Source of the DNA: Flavobacteriaceae bacterium
Lineage (GTDB): Bacteria; Bacteroidota; Bacteroidia; Flavobacteriales; Flavobacteriaceae
Assembly: GCA_016649785.1 (NCBI GenBank)
Contig: JAENXB010000001.1
Coordinates: forward strand, 1-34,860
Reading direction: 5' to 3'
DNA: 34,860 bases
A program made the position numbers and the translations under genes. Positions 26,806 through 34,860 of the stretch are shown piece by piece. The stretch's first letter is position 1; every line of letters begins with the position of its first letter. The notes under the pieces are model-generated. The model did not search any database, was not told the DNA's origin, and saw only the letters and a program-made list of their open reading frames with translations.

Positions 26806-26843
26806 TAAATAATATTAACAATTAATATGCCTAAGCTTATTTA

Positions 26844-27866
26844 ATGACTTCCAAAAACATTTATATTTTAGCGATAGAATCTTCCTGTGATGACACTGCT
26901 GCCGCGGTTTTGCTTAACGACAAATTATTGTCAAATGTTGTTGCCACACAAGACATCCATCAAAAATACGGCGGTGTTGTTCCTGAACTTGCTTCCAGGG
27001 CACACCAGCAAAATATTGTTCCGGTTATTCACCAGGCAATTGACCAAGCAAATATCGACAAAAAAGACATAACTGCAATCGCTTTTACAAGAGGTCCCGG
27101 ACTTATGGGTTCTTTGTTGGTGGGAACCTCGTTTGCTAAATCATTAGCAATGGGTTTAAGCGTGCCCCTGATTGAGGTGAACCATATGCAGGCTCATATT
27201 TTGGCACATTTTATAGATGAAGAAAATTATTCCAAACCCGAATTTCCGTTTCTGGCATTGACCATAAGTGGCGGGCATACCCAAATTGTAAAAGTTACAG
27301 ATCATTTTGAAATGCAGGTACTTGGTCAGGCAATTGACGATGCCGTAGGTGAAGCTTTTGATAAAAGCGCTAAAATATTGGGAATGCCCTATCCCGGCGG
27401 ACCTTTAATAGACAAATACGCGCAAAGCGGAAATCCCAAAGCTTTTAAATTTACCAAACCAAAAGTTGCCGGCCTGGACTTTAGTTTTAGCGGATTAAAA
27501 ACGGCCGTCCTATACTTTATTCAAAAACAAGTCAAAGAAAATCCAAAATTTATTGAAGAAAACAGGGACGATATTTGTGCCTCCATACAGTACACCATTG
27601 TTGAGATTTTAATGGATAAGCTAAAAATGGCGGTAAAACAAACCGGGATAAACCAAATAGCCATTGGTGGCGGTGTTTCCGCAAACAGTGGGATTAGAAA
27701 GACTTTGAAAGAAGCCGAAAAAAAGTACGGCTGGAAAACTTACGTTCCAAAATTTGAATATACCACAGATAATGCTGCTATGATAGGGATTGTGGGATAT
27801 TATAAATATTTGAAGGGTGATTTTGCCAACCTCTCTATCACAGCGCAAGCCCGTTATAAAATTTAA
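26844..27866 (+). CDS. tsaD: tRNA N6-adenosine threonylcarbamoyltransferase TsaD
   Basis: LAIESSCDDT, GGVVPELASRAH, GPGL, HMQAH, SGGHT, DDAVGEAFDK, SFSGLKT, TDNAAMI. Confidence 0.97.
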   Translation: MTSKNIYILAIESSCDDTAAAVLLNDKLLSNVVATQDIHQKYGGVVPELASRAHQQNIVPVIHQAIDQANIDKKDITAIAFTRGPGLMGSLLVGTSFAKSLAMGLSVPLIEVNHMQAHILAHFIDEENYSKPEFPFLALTISGGHTQIVKVTDHFEMQVLGQAIDDAVGEAFDKSAKILGMPYPGGPLIDKYAQSGNPKAFKFTKPKVAGLDFSFSGLKTAVLYFIQKQVKENPKFIEENRDDICASIQYTIVEILMDKLKMAVKQTGINQIAIGGGVSANSGIRKTLKEAEKKYGWKTYVPKFEYTTDNAAMIGIVGYYKYLKGDFANLSITAQARYKI

Positions 27867-27871
27867 ATTTC

Positions 27872-28582
27872 ATGCAATTATTCTATCATCCTGATATTTC
27901 AGAAAACGATCAGCAAATTGTCTTTCCACGGGACGAAAGCAAGCACATTGTAAAAGTCCTTCGGAAAAAAGAAGGCGATATTCTGAATGTTACCAATGGA
28001 AAGAGTTTCCTTTTTGAAACAGAACTCATCCTGATCACTCCTCAACAATGCGTTGCTAAAGTAATTCGGGTTAAAACTGAAGCAGAACACCCCTACTATT
28101 TGCATTTAGCTGTTGCACCTACCAAAATGAACGACAGATATGAATTGTTTTTGGAAAAAGTTACTGAAATTGGAGTACAGGAAATTACTCCTGTAATTTG
28201 CGATCACAGCGAAAGAAAAGTGGTGAAACTCGACCGTTTTGAAAGGGTTTTGCAAACCGCGATGAAACAATCCCTGCATTTGTCCATCCCGAAATTGAAT
28301 ATTCCCGTAAATGTTTCTTACTTTATTAAAAGTCCTCTTGAAGGTGAAAAATATATCGCCCATTGCGAAGATGAAAAAGAAAAAAGATCCTTAAAAAGTC
28401 AGTTGAAACCCGGTAAAAGATCTACCATATTAATAGGTCCCGAAGGTGATTTTTCTTCAAAAGAAATCGAATTGGCGCTTAAAAACGGATGGATCCCCGT
28501 AAGTTTGGGCAACAGCCGGTTAAGGACAGAAACCGCTGCAATAGTAGCTTGTCATACCGCGGCCCTCGCAAACGAAGATTAA
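27872..28582 (+). CDS. rsmE: 16S rRNA m3U1498 methyltransferase RsmE
   Basis: HIVKVLR, EK.TEIGV, AMKQS, LIGPEGDFS, SLG.SRLRTETA. Confidence 0.95.
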   Translation: MQLFYHPDISENDQQIVFPRDESKHIVKVLRKKEGDILNVTNGKSFLFETELILITPQQCVAKVIRVKTEAEHPYYLHLAVAPTKMNDRYELFLEKVTEIGVQEITPVICDHSERKVVKLDRFERVLQTAMKQSLHLSIPKLNIPVNVSYFIKSPLEGEKYIAHCEDEKEKRSLKSQLKPGKRSTILIGPEGDFSSKEIELALKNGWIPVSLGNSRLRTETAAIVACHTAALANED

Positions 28583-28761
28583 TTAACTTTGGAGTTTATA
28601 AAATTTTGAAAAAAGTAAAAATGCTTTTATTGTGCAAATTTGAGTATTAGAGACATCTTTAACACAACTATTTTTAGCCTGAAAATAATTTCTTATCTTT
28701 CGGTTAATTCAGATTTAAGGGAATTTTCAAAATTTTGGTTCTATAGAAATCCAGTAGTCGA

Positions 28762-29409
28762 ATGATAAAAAAAATAGTCGTTTTAATTTTTATGCTTTCC
28801 TCGGGAAATTTGCTCTTCGCCCAGGAAATTGCTCTTTTAAAATATCAGGGCGGTGGCGATTGGTATGCAAATCCCACTTCCCTGCCCAACCTGATAAAAT
28901 TTTGCAATGAAAATATACAAACCTCAATAAATTCAAAACCCGAAACAGTAACTCCGGGAAGTACCGATATTTTTCAATATCCCTTTATTCACATGACAGG
29001 CCATGGAAATGTTTTCTTTAGTGATGACGAAGCGAAAAATCTACGGGATTACCTGTTGAGTGGTGGTTTTTTGCATATAGACGATAATTATGGAATGAAT
29101 ATGTATATTCGAAACGAACTGAAAAAAGTATTCCCGGATAAGGAATTACAGGAATTGCCGGCTTCTCATCCCATTTTTAGAAGCGCCTTTGCTTTTCCCA
29201 ACGGCTTGCCCAAAATACATGAACATGACGGTTTGCCTCCGCAGGCTTTCGGTATTTTTGAAAACCAGCGTCTTTTATGTGTTTTTACTTTTGAAAGCGA
29301 TCTGGGTGATGGATGGGAGGATCCTGCCGTTCACAATGATCCCCCGGAAGTGCGTTTGAAGGCATTGCAAATGGGTGCAAACATAATTAAATACGCTTTT
29401 GAAAATTGA
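28762..29409 (+). CDS. DUF4159 domain secreted protein
   Basis: Signal peptide ending FA/Q; GGGDWY.NP, YPFIHMTGHG, GGFLHIDDNYG, DLGDGWED. Confidence 0.88.
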   Translation: MIKKIVVLIFMLSSGNLLFAQEIALLKYQGGGDWYANPTSLPNLIKFCNENIQTSINSKPETVTPGSTDIFQYPFIHMTGHGNVFFSDDEAKNLRDYLLSGGFLHIDDNYGMNMYIRNELKKVFPDKELQELPASHPIFRSAFAFPNGLPKIHEHDGLPPQAFGIFENQRLLCVFTFESDLGDGWEDPAVHNDPPEVRLKALQMGANIIKYAFEN

Positions 29410-29467
29410 TTTTTTAGGAAATTTAAAAAACCTCCTTCCCTTTCAAGATAAATAATATCTTTACCTC

Positions 29468-30556
29468 GTGAACTCAAAAACATTTTCTTACGGAATATTA
29501 CGCGCAATAGGAATAATTCTTGGCATATTGCTGTTGTTATTTTTTCTATACAAAATACAATCTGTATTGGTTTATATTGCCGTAGCCGGGATAATCTCCC
29601 TTATTGGCCGGCCAGTTGTGATCTTTTTAAGGTCACGCTTTCACTTTCCCAATAAAATTGCGGTAGTGCTGGTCCTCCTTTTGGTATTAGCTCTATTCAT
29701 TGGAATTATATTTGTATTTGTACCTATAGTTGTTACGCAAAGCCATTACCTGGGCCAAATTGATGTAGAAGCTTTTAAGACTGATATAAATGAATTGAAT
29801 ACCCAAATCAACAATTACCTGGGGGTCGATAATATCAATATTCTTGAGAGTTTAATGCAAAGCGAATTTGTGCGCAGTTTGGATGTGAATATGATTCCCC
29901 GGTTCTTAAACAGTGTATTCGGGATTTTGGGCGCTACTCTTATTGCAGTTTTCTCGATCATTTTCATTTCATTTTTCCTGCTTAAAGACAGTAAATTAAT
30001 GTTGAACAGTATCCTGGTTTTTGCCAATAAGGGAGAAGAAGATAAATTTCAACGCGTATTCAATAAGATCAAAATTTTGCTTTCCCGTTATTTTGTTGGT
30101 CTAACCCTACAAATTACTGTACTCTTTATACTCTATTTGCTTTTGCTCAGTATTTTTGAAATAAATAATCCTGTGGCCATCGCCTTTATTTGTGCCATTT
30201 TAAATTTAGTACCTTATTTAGGGCCAATAATTGCCGCAATTTTAATGGGATTATTCGTGATCTCCAGCAACCTTGGCGCCGATTTTCAAGCCTACATTCT
30301 TCCGAGATTGTTTTATATTTTGATGGGATACGGGATTTCCCAGTTAATAGACAACTTTATAAGTCAGCCACTTATCTTTGGGGCCAGCGTGCGTTCGCAT
30401 CCTTTGGAAATTTTCCTCATTATCCTTATCTCAGGTCTCTTATTTGGGATTTTAGGGATGGTTGTAGCTGTTCCTTTTTACACCGCAATAAAAGTGATCG
30501 CCAAAGAATCTTTAAGCGAATATAAAATTGTTAAAAGACTTACCAGGGACATCTAA
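29468..30556 (+). CDS. AI-2E family transporter
   Basis: Multi-TM protein, NLVPYLGP, QLIDNFISQPLIFG, HPLEIF, G.LFGILGM..AVP; GTG start. Confidence 0.92.
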   Translation: MNSKTFSYGILRAIGIILGILLLLFFLYKIQSVLVYIAVAGIISLIGRPVVIFLRSRFHFPNKIAVVLVLLLVLALFIGIIFVFVPIVVTQSHYLGQIDVEAFKTDINELNTQINNYLGVDNINILESLMQSEFVRSLDVNMIPRFLNSVFGILGATLIAVFSIIFISFFLLKDSKLMLNSILVFANKGEEDKFQRVFNKIKILLSRYFVGLTLQITVLFILYLLLLSIFEINNPVAIAFICAILNLVPYLGPIIAAILMGLFVISSNLGADFQAYILPRLFYILMGYGISQLIDNFISQPLIFGASVRSHPLEIFLIILISGLLFGILGMVVAVPFYTAIKVIAKESLSEYKIVKRLTRDI

Positions 30557-30567
30557 AAAATAATGGC

Positions 30568-31764
30568 TTGAATAAAGCACTTCTAAATACAGCGGTTCAG
30601 GATTTTATTTTGAAAAACAGAACCGCCAATCTTTCAAAACTCATCTTAAAAGGAAGTCCGTTCAAGGATGTTTCCATACAGGAGATCGCGATTCAAATTG
30701 CGGGATTAAGCAAGGCGAAATCAAAACTTCCCACCTGGTATCTCACTAAAAACATCCTGTTTCCGCCAAATCTTAATCTGGAGCAAACTTCTTCTGAAAA
30801 AACCGCCAGGTATAAAGCTTCTTTAGTCGAAGGAAAAAAAATCATCGACCTTACCGGTGGCTTTGGTATTGACTCTTATTTTTTTGCTGAAAGATTTAAG
30901 GAAGTCATTCACTGTGAATTAAATATGGAATTATCCGAATTGGCAGAACATAATTTTGAGATCCTGAATGCCACAAATGTAAAAACCATTCAGGGTGACG
31001 GGATTGAATATTTAAAAAATTCGGAACAGTACTTTGATTGGATCTATCTTGACCCATCCCGCAGGGACGATGCCGGAGGAAAGGTTTTTCAACTTTCTGA
31101 CTGTACTCCAAACCCGGCGGAACATTTGGATCTGTTCTTTGAAAAGGCCGATCATATACTGATTAAAACATCGCCTTTACTCGATTTAAAAGCGGGAATA
31201 GGCGAATTGAAAAACGTATCTGAAATTCACATTGTAGCTGTAAATCAGGAAGTAAAGGAATTGCTCTGGATCTTAAATAAGAATGCTTCAGAGGAAATTA
31301 AGGTCAAAACCATTCATTTTCAAAACAAAATTACTCAAAGCTTCGAAACCAATTTTAGCGATTCACAAAGCGATATTCCATTAAGCCTTCCGCTCAATTA
31401 TTTATATGAACCAAATCCGGCGATCATGAAAAGCGGAATGTTCCGGGAATTGGCAAGCCAGACCGATAGCTATACACTTCATTCAAATTCACATTTGTTT
31501 ACCTCAAAACAGTTAAAGGATTTTCCCGGAAGGAGATTCGAAATTCTGGAAGTTTTGCCTTATAACAAGAAGCTTTTAAAGCAAAGACTAACTATAAAAA
31601 AAGCAAATATTACCATCCGGAATTTCCCGAAAACGGTTGCTGAGATCCGCAAGGAGTTAAAAATTGAGGATGGCGGCGAGAGTTACCTGTTTTTTACCAC
31701 CAATCTCAATGAGAAGAGAATTGTTGTAGTATGTAAAAAAATATCAAACCTAACAGGTCTTTGA
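30568..31764 (+). CDS. Class I SAM-dependent methyltransferase with THUMP-like C-terminal domain
   Basis: EQTSSE.TA.YK, DLTGGFGID (SAM motif), YLDP.RR, K.SPLLD, YLYEPN..IMK.G, RNFP; TTG start. Confidence 0.9.
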   Translation: MNKALLNTAVQDFILKNRTANLSKLILKGSPFKDVSIQEIAIQIAGLSKAKSKLPTWYLTKNILFPPNLNLEQTSSEKTARYKASLVEGKKIIDLTGGFGIDSYFFAERFKEVIHCELNMELSELAEHNFEILNATNVKTIQGDGIEYLKNSEQYFDWIYLDPSRRDDAGGKVFQLSDCTPNPAEHLDLFFEKADHILIKTSPLLDLKAGIGELKNVSEIHIVAVNQEVKELLWILNKNASEEIKVKTIHFQNKITQSFETNFSDSQSDIPLSLPLNYLYEPNPAIMKSGMFRELASQTDSYTLHSNSHLFTSKQLKDFPGRRFEILEVLPYNKKLLKQRLTIKKANITIRNFPKTVAEIRKELKIEDGGESYLFFTTNLNEKRIVVVCKKISNLTGL

Positions 31765-31778
31765 GACCTGTTAGGTTT
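31746..31778. repeat. Perfect 15-bp palindrome (REP-like), may act as terminator
   Basis: AAACCTAACAGGTCT-TTG-AGACCTGTTAGGTTT; contains the methyltransferase stop codon. Confidence 0.85.
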
Positions 31779-31815
31779 CTGAAAAATTTCAAAGTCTTCG
31801 TATGTTTCTTAACGC

Positions 31816-31851
31816 TAACCCTGCCAGGGTAAATAAACCCTGGCAGGGTTA
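31816..31851. repeat. Perfect 15-bp palindrome (REP-like), may act as terminator
   Basis: TAACCCTGCCAGGGT-AAATAA-ACCCTGGCAGGGTTA between convergent genes. Confidence 0.85.
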
Positions 31852-31869
31852 AAAATATTAATAGTTATA

Positions 31870-33150
31870 TCATCTGTAATCAATAAAAACCAACGGTTTT
31901 CTACTTCCTTCCGGAGATTTTAATTTTTCAATAATTTTCAAAGAAACCTGTTCCAATGTTGGGGTTACCTGCAATTTCGATTTGAAATGTTCTTTTAACA
32001 AACTCACTTTTTCGGCACTAAGAGAATCGGGGATTTTTACCACTACTGCATCGGTTCCAACATCATTGGTATTCACTTCGATAACAAAGGCTGGAATCCC
32101 TTTAAAATTGTTCAGTACTTCTATAATATGTTGGGGATACAGGCTGGTTCCTTTAAATTTGATCATTTGCTTTTTCCGACCTAACACCGGGCTCAATCTA
32201 AGTGTATTCCTTCCGCACGGGCAAGGTTCATCGGTATAAGAAACCATATCGCCTGTTGCAAACCTAAGCAGCGGCATAGTTTCTACCTGCAAAGTGGTTA
32301 TAACCAACTCCCCTGTTTCTCCCGGTTTCACGGGATTTCCCGCTTCATCCAGAATTTCGGTAAAAATCAATTCCGGTTGCGCGTGATTTCCCCGGTGGGC
32401 TTCACATTCGGTGAAAGCCGTGGCCATTTCAGTGGAGGCATAGGTGGAAAACAATTCAATATCCCACAATTTGGAGATTTTACTTCCCAAAGAATTCAGT
32501 TTAAATTCCAGATCCCGGATTGGTTCGCCAATACAAATCACAGCTTTAACCGAAGAATTATTACAATCAATATTATTCAATTCCGAATACTCGATCATCT
32601 TGAGCAAAAATGAAGGTACCGCCACAAGGTATTTGGGTTTAAACCTGGCGATAGAATCCCATTGCAGTTGCGGAAATCCGCTGCCGGTACGTACAATTCC
32701 CGCTCCCAGTTTCCGCAATCCCAAAAAATAAGCCATCCCTGCCATAAAACGCCGGTCTAAAGTGGTGGTAATTTGCACCACATCCTCCTTTTTTATACCG
32801 ATCATTTTAAAAGATTCCATTTCATTTGTGGCCAAACGTTGCAAATCGGTTTCGTTTAAGGCAAAACTCACCGGTTTACCAAGAGTTCCGGAAGTGGTCA
32901 CAAAATCGATAATTTCACTCTCCGGCACACATAAAAAATCCTGGTTGAATTCCTGAACATTCTCCTTCGTGGTAATTGGGATTTTTTGAAATTCGATATA
33001 AGAATTGATTTTATCTGGATCTATCTCGTTCTTTTTGAACAGTTTCCTATAAAATCCGGAATTCTTTTGAAGGTACAAGAGTTGCTTTTCCAGCTGTAAC
33101 CATTGTATGCGTTTGATTTCCCCTGAAGAAGCTGTATAAATGTTTGACAT
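31870..33150 (-). CDS. Phenylacetate-CoA ligase family protein (probable flexirubin/aryl-polyene cluster)
   Basis: TTSGTLGKP, TYASTE, GELVIT, PLLRFATGD, C.CGR, GRKKQMIKFKGT. Confidence 0.88.
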   Translation of the reverse strand: MSNIYTASSGEIKRIQWLQLEKQLLYLQKNSGFYRKLFKKNEIDPDKINSYIEFQKIPITTKENVQEFNQDFLCVPESEIIDFVTTSGTLGKPVSFALNETDLQRLATNEMESFKMIGIKKEDVVQITTTLDRRFMAGMAYFLGLRKLGAGIVRTGSGFPQLQWDSIARFKPKYLVAVPSFLLKMIEYSELNNIDCNNSSVKAVICIGEPIRDLEFKLNSLGSKISKLWDIELFSTYASTEMATAFTECEAHRGNHAQPELIFTEILDEAGNPVKPGETGELVITTLQVETMPLLRFATGDMVSYTDEPCPCGRNTLRLSPVLGRKKQMIKFKGTSLYPQHIIEVLNNFKGIPAFVIEVNTNDVGTDAVVVKIPDSLSAEKVSLLKEHFKSKLQVTPTLEQVSLKIIEKLKSPEGSRKPLVFIDYR

Positions 33151-33155
33151 ATATT

Positions 33156-34829
33156 TTATAATTTTCGATAACTTTTCCTGATCATTTTTTCCAAATCCCG
33201 CTCATCCAATAAGGTGGTTACTTCCCTGCCTTGAGCTTGTTTGAAATAGATAATCGCTTTTTTATATTTTTTTTGCTGATAGTAATAATTCCCGGCCAAT
33301 GCATAAACCTTCCAGTAATAAGGGTTTAACCGCATCAATTCGGTTATTTTTTCTTCCGGGATTTTTTCCCCTGCTGAAATTGATTTTGAAAGGGACTCAC
33401 TTAAAACACGAAACTCCTTAAAATCCTGATAGGCTTTTGTATGAACAAAATCATCTTCAGGAATAGTTTCGGTTTCTATTGATAGGCTTTGATTTGCATT
33501 TCCTGCTTCAAATTTTTTAAAGGCTTCATCCAGATCGTAGGCTACAAAAGCACCCAATTGATACGGATTGGCAGAAACCCAAACCTTTCCTTCTTCGGGC
33601 TTAAAAATGATCCCGTGATGTGCCAGAAGCTGGTTAAGGGCCTTCTCGTTTCCCAATCCTAATTTTGCTTCCTTCAGCCCATCCCTATTCCTGAGAATCC
33701 CGGCGGCTTTCACCGGAGTGAGCGCATCGTTTTGTGCCAATAATTCTTCCATCCTCTTATACCTATATTTGCTATGACTTTCAGCTATTGCCTTTAAATT
33801 TCGTTTGTCTTCAGCATAAATTTTGCTTTGAAAGTGGTTGCTGCAAACTAATTGATTTGAATTATCCACCTCATACACCCCAATATTTCCGGGAGAAACT
33901 TCAATCAAGATTGCTTTTCTTTCTGAAGCGCTTCCAACCATAATTGCTTCCGAAACAAAAACCTCCCTTTTTTGGGCAATTTCAATGGCTTGAGCCGTAT
34001 TTTCGGCATATTGGAGAATTTCCCTTGCTACAAGGGTTATTGGGGTTTTGGCTATTAAAGGAAGTCTTGTTTTTCCCGCATTTATGGTTACGGTAATTCC
34101 TTTTTCATTCATACCACTCACCGCCCCGGTCATTCCGGGCCAGGTGTACATCATAAATTTATGGCCTTGATCCGGGTTTATAAAGGCGATAATTTTTTCT
34201 TCGGCAAATTTGTCCCCCGCATAAAAATCGAAATTCCTGCCCAAAAGCAGCTGACCATCCTGTGTTTTAGAATCCCAGGCGGCAAAGGAAGTACAACCCA
34301 CAAGCATAAAATCCTGCAAGGCATGGCCAATATCGTGGGCCCCGTGCAAATAAAGCGAGCGCAGGTAAGGCGGGGCAAAATTGTCAAATTTATGGGAAGA
34401 AAAACGGGAAATTCCGTAAATTTCGGCTTTGTACTCTTCCGGAACGTGTAAATACATTTTCCGGCTGAACCAGGCCACAACAGTAGCCAAAAAAGTTTGG
34501 TAACCTCCGGGAGGTACAATAATTTCCATTCTTTCAAAAATGGCATTTTCCTGCTTTTGCTTAAGTTCCCGGGTTAAACTGCCATTTATCATTCCTAGTT
34601 CAAGGGGGTTGCCTTCTATATATAGTTCCCAAATCCCGTATTTGTTTTTGAAAAGCGAGTTCTTTCCAATGGTGAACAAACTGTCGTTATGACGAATTCT
34701 ATGGGTATCAATTTTTTCTATTCCGGTTAAATCGGGAAGGTCTTGTTTGGATTTTTGAATTCCGCAGGCATTCAGCAAGATCAGAAATAAAATAGGAAAT
34801 AATATTTTAACTATCATCTGCTTCATCAT
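33156..34829 (-). CDS. C45 family autoproteolytic acyltransferase/hydrolase, lipoprotein with C-terminal TPR-like helix pair
   Basis: Lipobox LNAC; Ntn nucleophile G/CTSF, GRNFDF, SGMNEKG, CSNHF, AHH.IIF; C-terminal NPYYWKVYALAGNYYY..KKY.KAI.YF. Confidence 0.88.
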   Translation of the reverse strand: MMKQMIVKILFPILFLILLNACGIQKSKQDLPDLTGIEKIDTHRIRHNDSLFTIGKNSLFKNKYGIWELYIEGNPLELGMINGSLTRELKQKQENAIFERMEIIVPPGGYQTFLATVVAWFSRKMYLHVPEEYKAEIYGISRFSSHKFDNFAPPYLRSLYLHGAHDIGHALQDFMLVGCTSFAAWDSKTQDGQLLLGRNFDFYAGDKFAEEKIIAFINPDQGHKFMMYTWPGMTGAVSGMNEKGITVTINAGKTRLPLIAKTPITLVAREILQYAENTAQAIEIAQKREVFVSEAIMVGSASERKAILIEVSPGNIGVYEVDNSNQLVCSNHFQSKIYAEDKRNLKAIAESHSKYRYKRMEELLAQNDALTPVKAAGILRNRDGLKEAKLGLGNEKALNQLLAHHGIIFKPEEGKVWVSANPYQLGAFVAYDLDEAFKKFEAGNANQSLSIETETIPEDDFVHTKAYQDFKEFRVLSESLSKSISAGEKIPEEKITELMRLNPYYWKVYALAGNYYYQQKKYKKAIIYFKQAQGREVTTLLDERDLEKMIRKSYRKL

Positions 34830-34860
34830 AATATCAGTTCCTTATTCCATTTTTTGAAGC

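Noticed and set aside
34830-34860. 3' end of the next upstream gene on the minus strand
   Set aside because: Likely present, but two frames (ASKNGIRN-stop, LQKME-stop) fit and 31 bp cannot identify it.

Overview
AT-rich bacterial chromosome segment from a Bacteroidota organism, by gene content and promoter motifs most likely a Flavobacteriaceae member. It is mostly conserved housekeeping and envelope genes: corA (partial), recQ, a truA-like gene, a fused FAD/Fe-S oxidoreductase, a small outer-membrane barrel, an operon of a 161-aa unknown gene, a GH3/serine-hydrolase fusion and bshA, a split FadF/EtfD-like Fe-S oxidoreductase, mlaD, an amidase, lptD, ridA, mgsA, pfkA, tamB, tsaD, rsmE, DUF4159, an AI-2E transporter and a THUMP-like methyltransferase. 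The right edge is the end of a probable flexirubin/aryl-polyene cluster (CoA ligase, C45 acyltransferase). I see no rRNA, tRNA, CRISPR array, transposase or integrase, and no self-contained novel multi-gene system that I can support. The least explained structure is intergenic: several spacers are filled with degenerate 7-bp and 8-bp tandem arrays and several distinct palindromic (REP-like) elements, two of which supply the stop codons of neighbouring genes. Other points worth checking are a probable non-canonical start for tamB, candidate leaderless transcripts, a pfkA-mgsA coupling with an atypical MgsA, and substitutions in normally conserved motifs. Product calls come from motif recognition only; no database searches were run.
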